The translations under genes and the position numbers were made by a program. Shown in pieces: positions 27,680 through 35,748 of a stretch of 64,000 nucleotides of DNA (positions are counted from its first letter, which is position 1; every line of letters begins with the position of its first letter). The DNA lies in the sequence record MZ574431.2. One strand, written 5' to 3'. The notes under the pieces are model-generated. The model was not told where the DNA came from and did not search any database. It worked only from the letters and a program-made list of their open reading frames with translations.

Positions 27680-27934
27680 TTGGCGACCAAGCCTAGGCCC
27701 GTCGGCGTCCGAGGCCACACCGAGATCATCGAGGCGGGTGGCACGCGCGTGCGCTTCTTCTGCCCGCACGGCCATACCCAGATCGAGGACCTGGGACGCA
27801 AGTCCCTGCCGATTTCCAAGCGCCTGTCACCGGGCGCTGTGAAGCTACTTGCGCGCGTCTGGGGCAAAGGGCATGCTGGTGTGACCTTCACCTGTAAGGC
27901 CTGCACCAAGGAAAACCATGCCCTCTCGTCGTGA
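27680..27934 (+). CDS. Zn-ribbon hypothetical protein
   Basis: CPHGH...CKAC. Confidence 0.7.
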   Translation: MATKPRPVGVRGHTEIIEAGGTRVRFFCPHGHTQIEDLGRKSLPISKRLSPGAVKLLARVWGKGHAGVTFTCKACTKENHALSS

Positions 27935-28571
27935 CCTGATCACCGGCGCCCTGGCGCTAGCCGCCGCCTCGGCCCTGCCGGCGCTCTCCCTGGCCTCCAC
28001 GCCCATCGAGCACCGCGCCGAGAAGGTCCTGGCCAAGGCCGCCCATGCCGGCGGCGTCCTGCCGTTCGATGAGCCAATGGACGCCGACGTGCGTCTGTGG
28101 CTCCAGCAACAGGACCTGATGCGCGAGCGCTATCGCGGCTCCGATGGTCGCCAGGACCTGGGACTGACCCCAGCGGGGCTGGTGGTCGGGCAGCTATCCC
28201 TGGCGCGTGCCCTGCACCCGGAGGCTGGTGAACTCCTGGCCCGGCTGCTGGCCGTCGCGCCCAACCCCTACAGCATCTCGATCCTGCGCGGCGATGACGT
28301 CTATCATCGCAACGATATGCTGGCGCCGCCGGCGGCCGACGGCACCTTGCCCCACCACTTCATCCACGCCCAGACCGATCCCGCCAACTGGGCGATCAGC
28401 AGCCTGATGCTGGGCCACCTGCGCCCGGTCGGCTACGTGGCCAATCTGCGTGATCGAGAGGCCAGCGGTCACCTGCTGCTGGAGCGCACGCCGCTGATGC
28501 TCCAGCACTGGACCCACAACCCCGACCTGGGCAAGCCTTACCGCTACCAGCCCGTGATCATCTGGGACTAG
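27918..28571 (+). CDS. Tat-signal protein, paralogue 3
   Basis: SRRDLI + SLA; NWAISSLMLGHLRPVGY..LLERTP. Confidence 0.75.
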   Translation: MPSRRDLITGALALAAASALPALSLASTPIEHRAEKVLAKAAHAGGVLPFDEPMDADVRLWLQQQDLMRERYRGSDGRQDLGLTPAGLVVGQLSLARALHPEAGELLARLLAVAPNPYSISILRGDDVYHRNDMLAPPAADGTLPHHFIHAQTDPANWAISSLMLGHLRPVGYVANLRDREASGHLLLERTPLMLQHWTHNPDLGKPYRYQPVIIWD

Positions 28572-28575
28572 GCCG

Positions 28576-28764
28576 ATGCAATCGCCCTTCGAGCCCATGC
28601 ACTGGACCATCTCGCCGAAGGCCCTGGAAGCCGACCACGCCGAATTCGCCGCCCTGCCGCCAGCCATCCGCGCCCGCTTCGACCGGTTTCAGCGCGCCAT
28701 GGGCTGGCCCACCAGCGCCGAGATCGAGGCGTCCCTGGCCGATCCGCCTCCCCTTTCTCTTTAA
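28576..28764 (+). CDS. small hypothetical protein
   Basis: last gene before terminator. Confidence 0.65.
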   Translation: MQSPFEPMHWTISPKALEADHAEFAALPPAIRARFDRFQRAMGWPTSAEIEASLADPPPLSL

Positions 28765-28776
28765 TTCCACCCGCCG

Positions 28777-28808
28777 AAGGCGCATCCTTGTGGTGCGCCT
28801 TTTTCTTT
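28777..28808 (+). terminator. rho-independent terminator
   Basis: AAGGCGCA-loop-TGCGCCTT + TTTTCTTT. Confidence 0.85.
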
Positions 28809-28825
28809 CACCATGTCATTTCCGC

Positions 28826-28855
28826 TTGCACATTCCTTAAAATTCATCATAAATC
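28826..28855 (+). promoter_or_regulatory. AT-rich promoter for 28862 operon
   Basis: TTGCAC-N17-ATAAAT. Confidence 0.5.
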
Positions 28856-28861
28856 TCACCC

Positions 28862-29206
28862 ATGAAGAATTTGCTCACCCCTGAGGCCGTGGCTGACCTG
28901 GATTGGATGTATCCCACCCAGCAAGACCGCAAAGCTTTGATTTCATTCATCAATGAGTCTTTCGAAGGGACAAGCTTCGCCGACCGCATGGCGCGCGACA
29001 GTCACATCGCCGCCTTGGCGCCGAACCGCAAGACCCGCGAACACCTGCGCGCCCTCCTGCTGCGCTCCCGCCTTGGCGCGGGCCTGGGACTGAAGAAGAC
29101 GCCCACGCGGACGGCCATCCTCTGGCTCTTGAACCATCACGCGCCCCTGGCCGCAAGCCTGCACCCAGAAGCGATCGCGCTGGCGCGGGTTTCGCCCCCT
29201 CAGTAG
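28862..29206 (+). CDS. hypothetical phage protein
   Basis: follows promoter. Confidence 0.7.
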   Translation: MKNLLTPEAVADLDWMYPTQQDRKALISFINESFEGTSFADRMARDSHIAALAPNRKTREHLRALLLRSRLGAGLGLKKTPTRTAILWLLNHHAPLAASLHPEAIALARVSPPQ

Positions 29207-29286
29207 CGGAGTGTGCCGCGCGAAGCGCTCGCGTTATGGTTTTTCAAAGTTGCCTGACGGTTGTCGTATCAACAGGTTTTTCTCGC

Positions 29287-29598
29287 ATGACGAGTCCCAG
29301 GTCCCGCCGTTCAGGCACGCCCCCGCGAGGCGATCTCTCACGCCCTAAGTCCTCCAGCCATCGCTATGTGATCGACCAGCGCTGGTACTCCACCGAGGAG
29401 GTCCATGGCCTCATCGTCCAGACCCTGCCCAAGCTGAAACCCAACGCCCGCACCTGCGACCAGTTGGTCCTGCATCTGGGCTCGGCCGATCTCTCCCAGG
29501 GCACGCTCAGCCGCATGCTCAAAACCCTGGCCAAGAAGGGCGTGCTCGATCAAGTCGCCCACGGCCGCTACACCCTGCCCGCCAAGGACCCCCGATGA
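29287..29598 (+). CDS. winged-helix DNA-binding protein
   Basis: LSQGTLSRMLKTLAKKGVLDQVAHGRYTL. Confidence 0.7.
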   Translation: MTSPRSRRSGTPPRGDLSRPKSSSHRYVIDQRWYSTEEVHGLIVQTLPKLKPNARTCDQLVLHLGSADLSQGTLSRMLKTLAKKGVLDQVAHGRYTLPAKDPR

Positions 29599-30791
29599 CC
29601 GAGCCCAAGAAGAGAGGCCGCCGCGCCGGCGAGAGCAACAAGACCCGCTACATCAACGGCGTGGCCTTCGAGACCCGCGAGTTCGTCAACAAGCTGATCG
29701 AGACCATCAACGCCCTGCGCGATCTGCCTGTCCCCACCGTCCAGGGCATCGTCGACCTGTGGGCCGATCCCTACTGGACCAGCACCGAGGGCGACCTTGA
29801 TCTGCGCCGCTGCCTGCATCGCATGCACCAGCAGGGCAACCTGATCCGCGAGACGCGCGGCGTCTACCGGGTGTCGGACGTCCTGCACCTGCGCGCCTCC
29901 CATGATCTGCAACTGATCGCCGAGCGCACCTTGCGCGACCTGGGGGGGTTCGCCTCGGCCAAGACCCTGCGTAGGGCCATGGGCTATTCGGCCGAGGAAG
30001 CCGTCAACGCCAACCTCTGGCACGCCCTGCGCCTGGAAGGCTCGCGCATCCGCCGCGACTTCCGCGAGCGCTACCTTTACAACCTCCCCGCCGAGGACCT
30101 GCGCAACCTCGTCCTGGCCGGCAAGTGGGCGCTGCCCTACTATCGCGGGGTCTATCTGGGCATGGCCAGCGCCGAACCGGGCGAGCGTCCCTGGCGCGCG
30201 CTCGTTGATCTGCACATCACCGCCGTCGGGTCGGCCTTCCAGACCGCGCGGCTGATCTGCGGCCTGGAGATCGAGGACCTGATCGCCCTCAAGCCGAACC
30301 GCGTCGACGGCGAGAGCCCCCACGTCTATCCCGATCTGGTCAAGGCCATCGACGCGGCGCGCTACGCCAATCCAGCCCGGCGATCGGTCAGCGAGTATCG
30401 CCGCGAGATCAAGAACAAGGTCGTCGTCGGACAGCGCGAGAACCGCAATGGCCGCCTCGTCGACGAGGTCGCCGAAATCCCGATCGAGGATCACGAGGAA
30501 AAAGCCGTCTTCGCCGACGACCTGCGCCGCGCCTTCCTGCGCTCTATCGAGAGCCCCGGCGCCGATCCTGATCCGCGCTATCTCGACGACAGCGACTATC
30601 GCTTCCTGCCGGCCGAGTTCTTCACCGCCGCCGCCGCGATCTTCAAATGCGATCCCGTCGACCTGTCCTGGGGACGGGTGGGGCCGCGCGCCGACCTCGG
30701 CTGGCATACACGACGCGACAGCCGCAACCACGCTCAGCCCGAGTTCGAGGATGAAGACCTCACCGAAGAGGGCGATCGCCAGGAGACCTGA
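29595..30791 (+). CDS. multi-winged-helix protein (possible replication initiator or regulator)
   Basis: DLRRCLHRMHQQGNLIRETRGVYRV and second wHTH-like unit; abuts AT-rich repeat region. Confidence 0.6.
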   Translation: MTEPKKRGRRAGESNKTRYINGVAFETREFVNKLIETINALRDLPVPTVQGIVDLWADPYWTSTEGDLDLRRCLHRMHQQGNLIRETRGVYRVSDVLHLRASHDLQLIAERTLRDLGGFASAKTLRRAMGYSAEEAVNANLWHALRLEGSRIRRDFRERYLYNLPAEDLRNLVLAGKWALPYYRGVYLGMASAEPGERPWRALVDLHITAVGSAFQTARLICGLEIEDLIALKPNRVDGESPHVYPDLVKAIDAARYANPARRSVSEYRREIKNKVVVGQRENRNGRLVDEVAEIPIEDHEEKAVFADDLRRAFLRSIESPGADPDPRYLDDSDYRFLPAEFFTAAAAIFKCDPVDLSWGRVGPRADLGWHTRRDSRNHAQPEFEDEDLTEEGDRQET

Positions 30792-30931
30792 AACCCTTGG
30801 CGTGCTTGGCCCGAAGGGCCTTTTAGGGGCTGCCCGGTCATGAAAAATAGACAGGTAAGACTCTTGGTGTACTGAAAGACAACAAAAAGACTAGACCTGA
30901 ACAGGGGGTGGGCGGTGCAGACACGGCCTGC

Positions 30932-31130
30932 CCCTATAAGCTTATACACATACATGGTGTATTAAACGACAAGGGAACGACATACTCAGGAGCGGCGGAA
31001 AAGGTCCCTTCCCTATAAGCTTATACACATACATGGTGTATTAAACGACATATAAAAGGTATGAGCCACAGGCTCTCACAGACATGCCGCCCTTATAAGC
31101 TACACCACATACATGGTGTATTAAATGACA
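30932..31130. repeat. 3 x 40-bp direct repeat with 39/40-bp unique spacers (CRISPR-like or iteron array)
   Basis: CCCTATAAGCTTATACACATACATGGTGTATTAAACGACA at 30932 and 31011; variant at 31091. Confidence 0.85.
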
Positions 31131-31189
31131 TGTTAAAGGCATCACTCCCCCACTCCACACAGGAGACAGGGCGAAGCTTTCTCACAACC

Positions 31190-31446
31190 ACACTCCCTAT
31201 CATTCTTTTTATTTATTATTAAATACACCAATTTATCCCTCTTATAGAATAGGAAAAGAAGGAATCTTCTACTTTGGTGTAAAAAGAGTAGAGACAACCT
31301 TTGAGAGAGTGATCCCCAGCCTGCATGGTCCAGACGAAGAGACGATGAGAGGACGGCGAAGGGAGGGCGACACGATTTGCGACACCTCCCGGTAGGACGA
31401 CACCGAGGGGACGATCCTGACCAGCCGACGTCACGACACCCGACAC
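31190..31446. other. AT-rich tract plus CGACAC x5; candidate replication origin
   Basis: A/T-rich 31200-31290 in a GC-rich genome; TGGTGTA in both orientations; CGACAC at 31368, 31380, 31398, 31434, 31441. Confidence 0.45.
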
Positions 31447-31733
31447 CGCGATGATGAGTGCGCGACCGGCGAACGGAGGGCGCAGCCCGAGTGAGGTGGG
31501 AGGCGTAGCTGACCTGGACTCCTGGTGATCGAACCGTCCTGGCTCCAGCCGCTCGATGCCGAGGTCTTCGAGGATTCTGGGGAAACTGATCCCGACCGGC
31601 GACGAGGGCGAAGCCCGAGGCGGTGGGATGGGGCGTCGATCATGACCCATGTCGTGTTTGTTGACATGTGTCACGTGACGTGGCATGAAGGATTCAAGAT
31701 GGTTAACGGACACCATCTTCAGGACCTCCCGAA

Positions 31734-32462
31734 ATGTTCACGCCCATCCGCGCCGCCAGCCTCGACGACCCCCGCCCCCAACTGGGCGATGGGGCTGTTC
31801 TGACCGCCGCCGTCAAGCTGGTGCTGCCCAGCTTCGTCGAGTGGACCAAGGCGCGCGGTCTGGACCTGACCGACGAGCAGATCACCTTCGCGGTGGAACT
31901 CGCGCTCAAGCAGTCCAAGACCGCCGGCGCGGATTGGGCCTGGACTTCGGCCAAGGTCCTGGAGACCGCCTTTGGCCTGCCCGGCGATGGCAAGCTGATC
32001 GCCCGCCTCGAAGCGGTGATCGCCAACCAGAAGCTGGCCTGGGAGCGCGAGACGCGCGCCTGGGTCCTGCGCACCGGCTATCGCATCCCGGCCGACGAGC
32101 AGGAGAAGGTCGAGGCCCTGGTCGAGGGCGTGCCCGTCGTTGGCAAGATCGTCGGCGTCTCGCGCGGCCTGGGCGTGGCCTATCTCCAGACCGAGGACGG
32201 GACCCAGACCTTCCGCATCGACGGCGAGGACATCATCGCCAACCACACCCAGGGCCGCTTTGCCCCCGAGACCCCGATCCTGGGCTCGCGCTATGAGGAT
32301 GCGCCGGCCCTGGCGCTGGCCGCCGAGGCGCAGCGTCGCAAGAAGCCGGCCGGCAAGTTCGCCCAGCCGGCGAGCGATGCACGCACCCGCCAGCAACAGA
32401 TCGCCGACGCCTACAAGGCCGGCACGTTCGGCGCGGACGCCGATGGTCCTGGAGTCGCCTGA
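31734..32462 (+). CDS. hypothetical phage protein
   Basis: 242 aa, GC3-rich codons. Confidence 0.85.
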   Translation: MFTPIRAASLDDPRPQLGDGAVLTAAVKLVLPSFVEWTKARGLDLTDEQITFAVELALKQSKTAGADWAWTSAKVLETAFGLPGDGKLIARLEAVIANQKLAWERETRAWVLRTGYRIPADEQEKVEALVEGVPVVGKIVGVSRGLGVAYLQTEDGTQTFRIDGEDIIANHTQGRFAPETPILGSRYEDAPALALAAEAQRRKKPAGKFAQPASDARTRQQQIADAYKAGTFGADADGPGVA

Positions 32463-32572
32463 TGTTGACCAGCATCCCCATTTTCGTCGGCGGCCTCGTG
32501 CTGGTGATCGTCCTGCTCACCGCCCTGATCCGTGTCGCCGACGACCGTTACGACCGGAGCAGCTTCAAGTGA
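32462..32572 (+). CDS. micro membrane protein 1 (36 aa)
   Basis: TGATG overlap; MLTSIPIFVGGLVLVIVLLTALIRV. Confidence 0.7.
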   Translation: MLTSIPIFVGGLVLVIVLLTALIRVADDRYDRSSFK

Positions 32573-32712
32573 GCCTCTTTCTGACCATCCTCGCCATCCT
32601 GACGCTCATCGTCGTGTTGGTGATCGCCGCCTTCTACTTCGGCGTCTTCGTCCTGCTCTACGCCCTGGCTGGCATGTTCGAGACCAACGGCTCCAAGTGG
32701 GGCAAGGCATGA
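32569..32712 (+). CDS. micro membrane protein 2 (47 aa)
   Basis: GTGA overlap; long hydrophobic run. Confidence 0.75.
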   Translation: MSLFLTILAILTLIVVLVIAAFYFGVFVLLYALAGMFETNGSKWGKA

Positions 32713-32852
32713 CCCTGCTGCTCACCGCCATCATGGTCCTGGGACCCTATCTGGTCATGTTCGGCATGCTGGGCGTGGCCGCCCTCGCCGTCTGGATGTG
32801 GTCGGGCCTGATCGCCAAGGCCCTCGCCGGCCAGACCAAGGACGACCAATGA
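32709..32852 (+). CDS. micro membrane protein 3 (47 aa)
   Basis: ATGA overlap; hydrophobic. Confidence 0.75.
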   Translation: MTLLLTAIMVLGPYLVMFGMLGVAALAVWMWSGLIAKALAGQTKDDQ

Positions 32853-33130
32853 CCTTCGCCCTCACCCTCCTGGGCTGGCTGCTCAAGTCGATCCTGGTCC
32901 TGCTGATCACGGTCGCTGCCGGCACGATCCTGGTCGTGGTCCTCTATTTCGGCCTGATCCTGCTGGGCGTGATGACGGGCGTCGTCCTCATCGCCGCCGA
33001 GATGCGCAAGGAGGCCGCGCGCGTCGACCACAAGGTCAGCGTCTCGACGGCCGGCGACCTGCGCCTGGAAGAAGCGGTCATCCCGCTCAGCCGCACCCGG
33101 TCGGTCAAGATCGAGCGCGCCACGGCCTGA
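32849..33130 (+). CDS. small membrane protein 4 (93 aa)
   Basis: ATGA overlap; two TM helices. Confidence 0.75.
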   Translation: MTFALTLLGWLLKSILVLLITVAAGTILVVVLYFGLILLGVMTGVVLIAAEMRKEAARVDHKVSVSTAGDLRLEEAVIPLSRTRSVKIERATA

Positions 33131-33132
33131 CC

Positions 33133-33216
33133 TTGAACGACCTCCTCACCCTGGGGCTGGTGGCGATCCTCGCCTTCGCCCTGTTCTTCAACTCCGACCC
33201 GGACAACACACGATGA
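33133..33216 (+). CDS. micro membrane protein 5 (27 aa)
   Basis: TTG start; LLTLGLVAILAFALFF. Confidence 0.55.
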   Translation: MNDLLTLGLVAILAFALFFNSDPDNTR

Positions 33217-33365
33217 GCATGCTGCTGCAAGTGACCCTGGTGCTGGTCGGCGTCGCCCTGGTGGCGGGCCTTGCCTGGGCCATGGAGCACGTCGAGGACG
33301 CCATCCACCAGACGATCGACTATTCGGACCGCTTCACCGAGAAGACCGCCGAGGCCCCCGAATGA
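33213..33365 (+). CDS. micro membrane protein 6 (50 aa)
   Basis: ATGA overlap; one TM then acidic tail. Confidence 0.7.
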   Translation: MSMLLQVTLVLVGVALVAGLAWAMEHVEDAIHQTIDYSDRFTEKTAEAPE

Positions 33366-33448
33366 TCGAGATTGTCTTTGCCGCCGCCGTCGCCCTGGTC
33401 CTGGTCATCGCCATCTTCCGGGTGGTCGACCACTACGACGGCCAATAG
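33362..33448 (+). CDS. micro membrane protein 7 (28 aa)
   Basis: ATGA overlap; IVFAAAVALVLVIAIF. Confidence 0.65.
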   Translation: MIEIVFAAAVALVLVIAIFRVVDHYDGQ

Positions 33449-33450
33449 CC

Positions 33451-33624
33451 ATGGCGCTGCTCGTCCTGCTGCTGACCCTCGCCGCCTTCGTCTTCGGCGC
33501 CAGCGTCTCGGAGAAAATCTACGACGTGGGCGAGGCCGATGACGGCGATCTCTGGCGCGCGGGCGTCATGACCCTGATCTTCGCCGCCGCCCTGATCGCC
33601 ATCGCCTTTCGCGAGCACCTCTGA
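33451..33624 (+). CDS. micro membrane protein 8 (57 aa)
   Basis: two TM helices. Confidence 0.7.
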   Translation: MALLVLLLTLAAFVFGASVSEKIYDVGEADDGDLWRAGVMTLIFAAALIAIAFREHL

Positions 33625-33695
33625 TGTCCCTGCTGCTGATCGGCGCCTTCATCGTCTGGCTGGCCTACGCCACCGCCCGAAATCTACGCGTGTAG
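33624..33695 (+). CDS. micro membrane protein 9 (23 aa)
   Basis: TGATG overlap; LLLIGAFIVWLAYA. Confidence 0.55.
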   Translation: MSLLLIGAFIVWLAYATARNLRV

Positions 33696-33696
33696 C

Positions 33697-33783
33697 ATGA
33701 TCTGGACCATCCTCGGCTGGGCCTTTGGCGTGGGCTTCGTCGTGCTGCTGTTTGCCTCCTCCAATTCGAAGACCTGCTCATGA
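33697..33783 (+). CDS. micro membrane protein 10 (28 aa)
   Basis: IWTILGWAFGVGFVVLLFA. Confidence 0.6.
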   Translation: MIWTILGWAFGVGFVVLLFASSNSKTCS

Positions 33784-33944
33784 CCTTCATCGCCTTCGCC
33801 CTGGCCGTCAGCTTCGGCGCCGCCTGCGCCGACTTCAAGCGCTATGCCGACGACGACAATGGCGGCGGCGCTCTGTACGCGGCCGGGGTTGGCGTCATCC
33901 AACTGATCGCCATCGGGATGCTGTTCCAAAAGGTCGCGGGATGA
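33780..33944 (+). CDS. micro membrane protein 11 (54 aa)
   Basis: ATGA overlap; two hydrophobic segments. Confidence 0.65.
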   Translation: MTFIAFALAVSFGAACADFKRYADDDNGGGALYAAGVGVIQLIAIGMLFQKVAG

Positions 33945-34111
33945 TCGCCGCCGCTGGCGCGGTAGGGGCGCTCGCCGCCCAGCGCATCCGTGAGCGCGGC
34001 GACCCGCCGCTCGCGCCGATGACCCGCGCCGAGATGATGATCCTGCTGACCGAGGCGGGCGTGATGGTCCTGGCCGTGGCGATCGTCATCGCCGTCTGCT
34101 TGGCGGCCTGA
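33941..34111 (+). CDS. micro membrane protein 12 (56 aa)
   Basis: ATGA overlap; C-terminal TM. Confidence 0.7.
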   Translation: MIAAAGAVGALAAQRIRERGDPPLAPMTRAEMMILLTEAGVMVLAVAIVIAVCLAA

Positions 34112-34113
34112 CC

Positions 34114-34632
34114 ATGCGAATTCTCGGGGTCGACCCCGGCACCAAGGGCGCGCTGGCCATCCTCGACACCGTCAAGTGGACGGTGGCCATCATCGACATG
34201 CCCCTGGAGATCGGCACCAAGGGCAAGGAGAAGGTCTCGGCCCAGGGCGTGCTCGAAGTCGTCCGCGCCGCCGCCCCCGACGCGGCCTTCCTCGAAGAGG
34301 TCCATGCCAGCCCGCAAATGGGCGTGACCTCGGCCTTCTCGTTCGGCGACGGCTATGGCTGCACCCGCACGGCGATCCTGGCCTATGGCTGCGCGCTGTG
34401 GCCGATCCGCCCCCAGGTCTGGAAGCCGGCCATGAAGGCGCCCAAGGACAAAAAGCAGGCCACCACCCGCGCCAGCCAACTGGTCCCCGCCGCCCACAGC
34501 ATCCTCTTTGGTCCGCGCGGCGGCGCCTATGACGGACGGGCCGAGGCCCTGTTGCTCAGCCTCTATGGCTGTTTCCACCTCAAGGACGTGCCCAAGAAGG
34601 CCCTCACCCTCGTGCCGTTCCCGACCCTCTAA
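34114..34632 (+). CDS. ruvC: RuvC-like Holliday junction resolvase
   Basis: MRILGVDPG, FLEEV, SAFSFG..YG, DGRAEALL. Confidence 0.85.
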   Translation: MRILGVDPGTKGALAILDTVKWTVAIIDMPLEIGTKGKEKVSAQGVLEVVRAAAPDAAFLEEVHASPQMGVTSAFSFGDGYGCTRTAILAYGCALWPIRPQVWKPAMKAPKDKKQATTRASQLVPAAHSILFGPRGGAYDGRAEALLLSLYGCFHLKDVPKKALTLVPFPTL

Positions 34633-34654
34633 GCTTACCCGAGTAGCACCCAGT

Positions 34655-35209
34655 ATGACCGGCTATACCGTCCAGCCCTACCAGTACCGGCCCAAGAAGG
34701 CCCGCCTGCGCGACAACACCGCCCTGGCTCTGCTGGACCTGCGTCCGCGCCGGCCCGCCCCCACCGTCGCCGCCTACCAACCGCGCAAGAAGCGCGCCCG
34801 CCTGACCGGGCCATACCTACCGCTCGATGCGCTGAAGGCGGGCCATACCCGGCCATACCAGCCCACCAGCCGTCCCCAACCGGCCACCCGCGCGGGCGTC
34901 CACCCCGTCTACGACGAGTGCTTCGCCACCGCCGATCACGTCTATGAGGAGCCGCGCGGCCCCGAGATCGTGCCGATCGGCATCCTTGACGAGCGCGGGG
35001 TCATGCTCTGCCGCGTGACCATGCCGATCAAGCAGCAGATGGGCATCAACACCGGCGGGAACGCCTGGACCGGCGATTTCGACGAGGAGGTCGAGGCGCT
35101 CGTCCCGGCCGACATGCTGCGCATCTCCACTGGCGGCGGCGGGGTCAGCGAGATCGACGCCTCGGAGTTCGACGAGGATTTCGACGATGAGGACGAGGAC
35201 CTCTTCTAG
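34655..35209 (+). CDS. hypothetical protein, basic N-terminal repeats and acidic tail
   Basis: YQYRPKKARL / YQPRKKRARL; ends EFDEDFDDEDEDLF. Confidence 0.75.
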   Translation: MTGYTVQPYQYRPKKARLRDNTALALLDLRPRRPAPTVAAYQPRKKRARLTGPYLPLDALKAGHTRPYQPTSRPQPATRAGVHPVYDECFATADHVYEEPRGPEIVPIGILDERGVMLCRVTMPIKQQMGINTGGNAWTGDFDEEVEALVPADMLRISTGGGGVSEIDASEFDEDFDDEDEDLF

Positions 35210-35212
35210 GCC

Positions 35213-35425
35213 ATGAACATCGACTTCACCCCCATCTTCGTCATGGCCTTCATCGGCCTTGTCGCCTGCGGCGCGGGCGCCGGCGCGCTCCTGGCCCTGC
35301 TGATCGCCTTGCCGGCCATGCTCTGGAGCCACAGTTTCGTCGCCGCCGGCGACTACGCCCTGATCGGCGCGGGCGCCGGCGTGGCCCTCACCAGCCTGTG
35401 GGTCTATCGGGGGATGCGCCCATGA
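35213..35425 (+). CDS. small membrane protein
   Basis: 70 aa, hydrophobic. Confidence 0.75.
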   Translation: MNIDFTPIFVMAFIGLVACGAGAGALLALLIALPAMLWSHSFVAAGDYALIGAGAGVALTSLWVYRGMRP

Positions 35426-35748
35426 CCCGCGCCATCGAAGCCGAAATCGTCAAGCTCCTGGCCGAGATCAAGGACGCCGAGGCCCGTCAGTCGGCCCAGA
35501 CCGATTTCTGGGCGGAAAAGCAGCGCGCCTATCTCGACGCCTGCGAGACCACCGGCGATCCCAAGGTCTTGTCGGCCGCCCAGATCGCCGCCCAGGTGGC
35601 CTATGACCTGACCCTCGACGCGGTCGCCTTCAAGGGGGCCATGATCGTCAAGCTCAAGGACCTCAAGGCCCAGCGCCAGGACGCCATCGCCAAGAAGACC
35701 GCCGCCCGCAAGGGCCGGCAGGGCGATGATGGACGCGAGGCTGCCTGA
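35422..35748 (+). CDS. coiled-coil hypothetical protein
   Basis: ATGA overlap, coupled to TerS. Confidence 0.8.
   Translation: MTRAIEAEIVKLLAEIKDAEARQSAQTDFWAEKQRAYLDACETTGDPKVLSAAQIAAQVAYDLTLDAVAFKGAMIVKLKDLKAQRQDAIAKKTAARKGRQGDDGREAA

Noticed and set aside
30932-31130. A complete CRISPR-Cas locus
   Set aside because: Only three repeats, no cas genes in the window, and similarity leaks into the spacers; kept only as a CRISPR-like/iteron finding.
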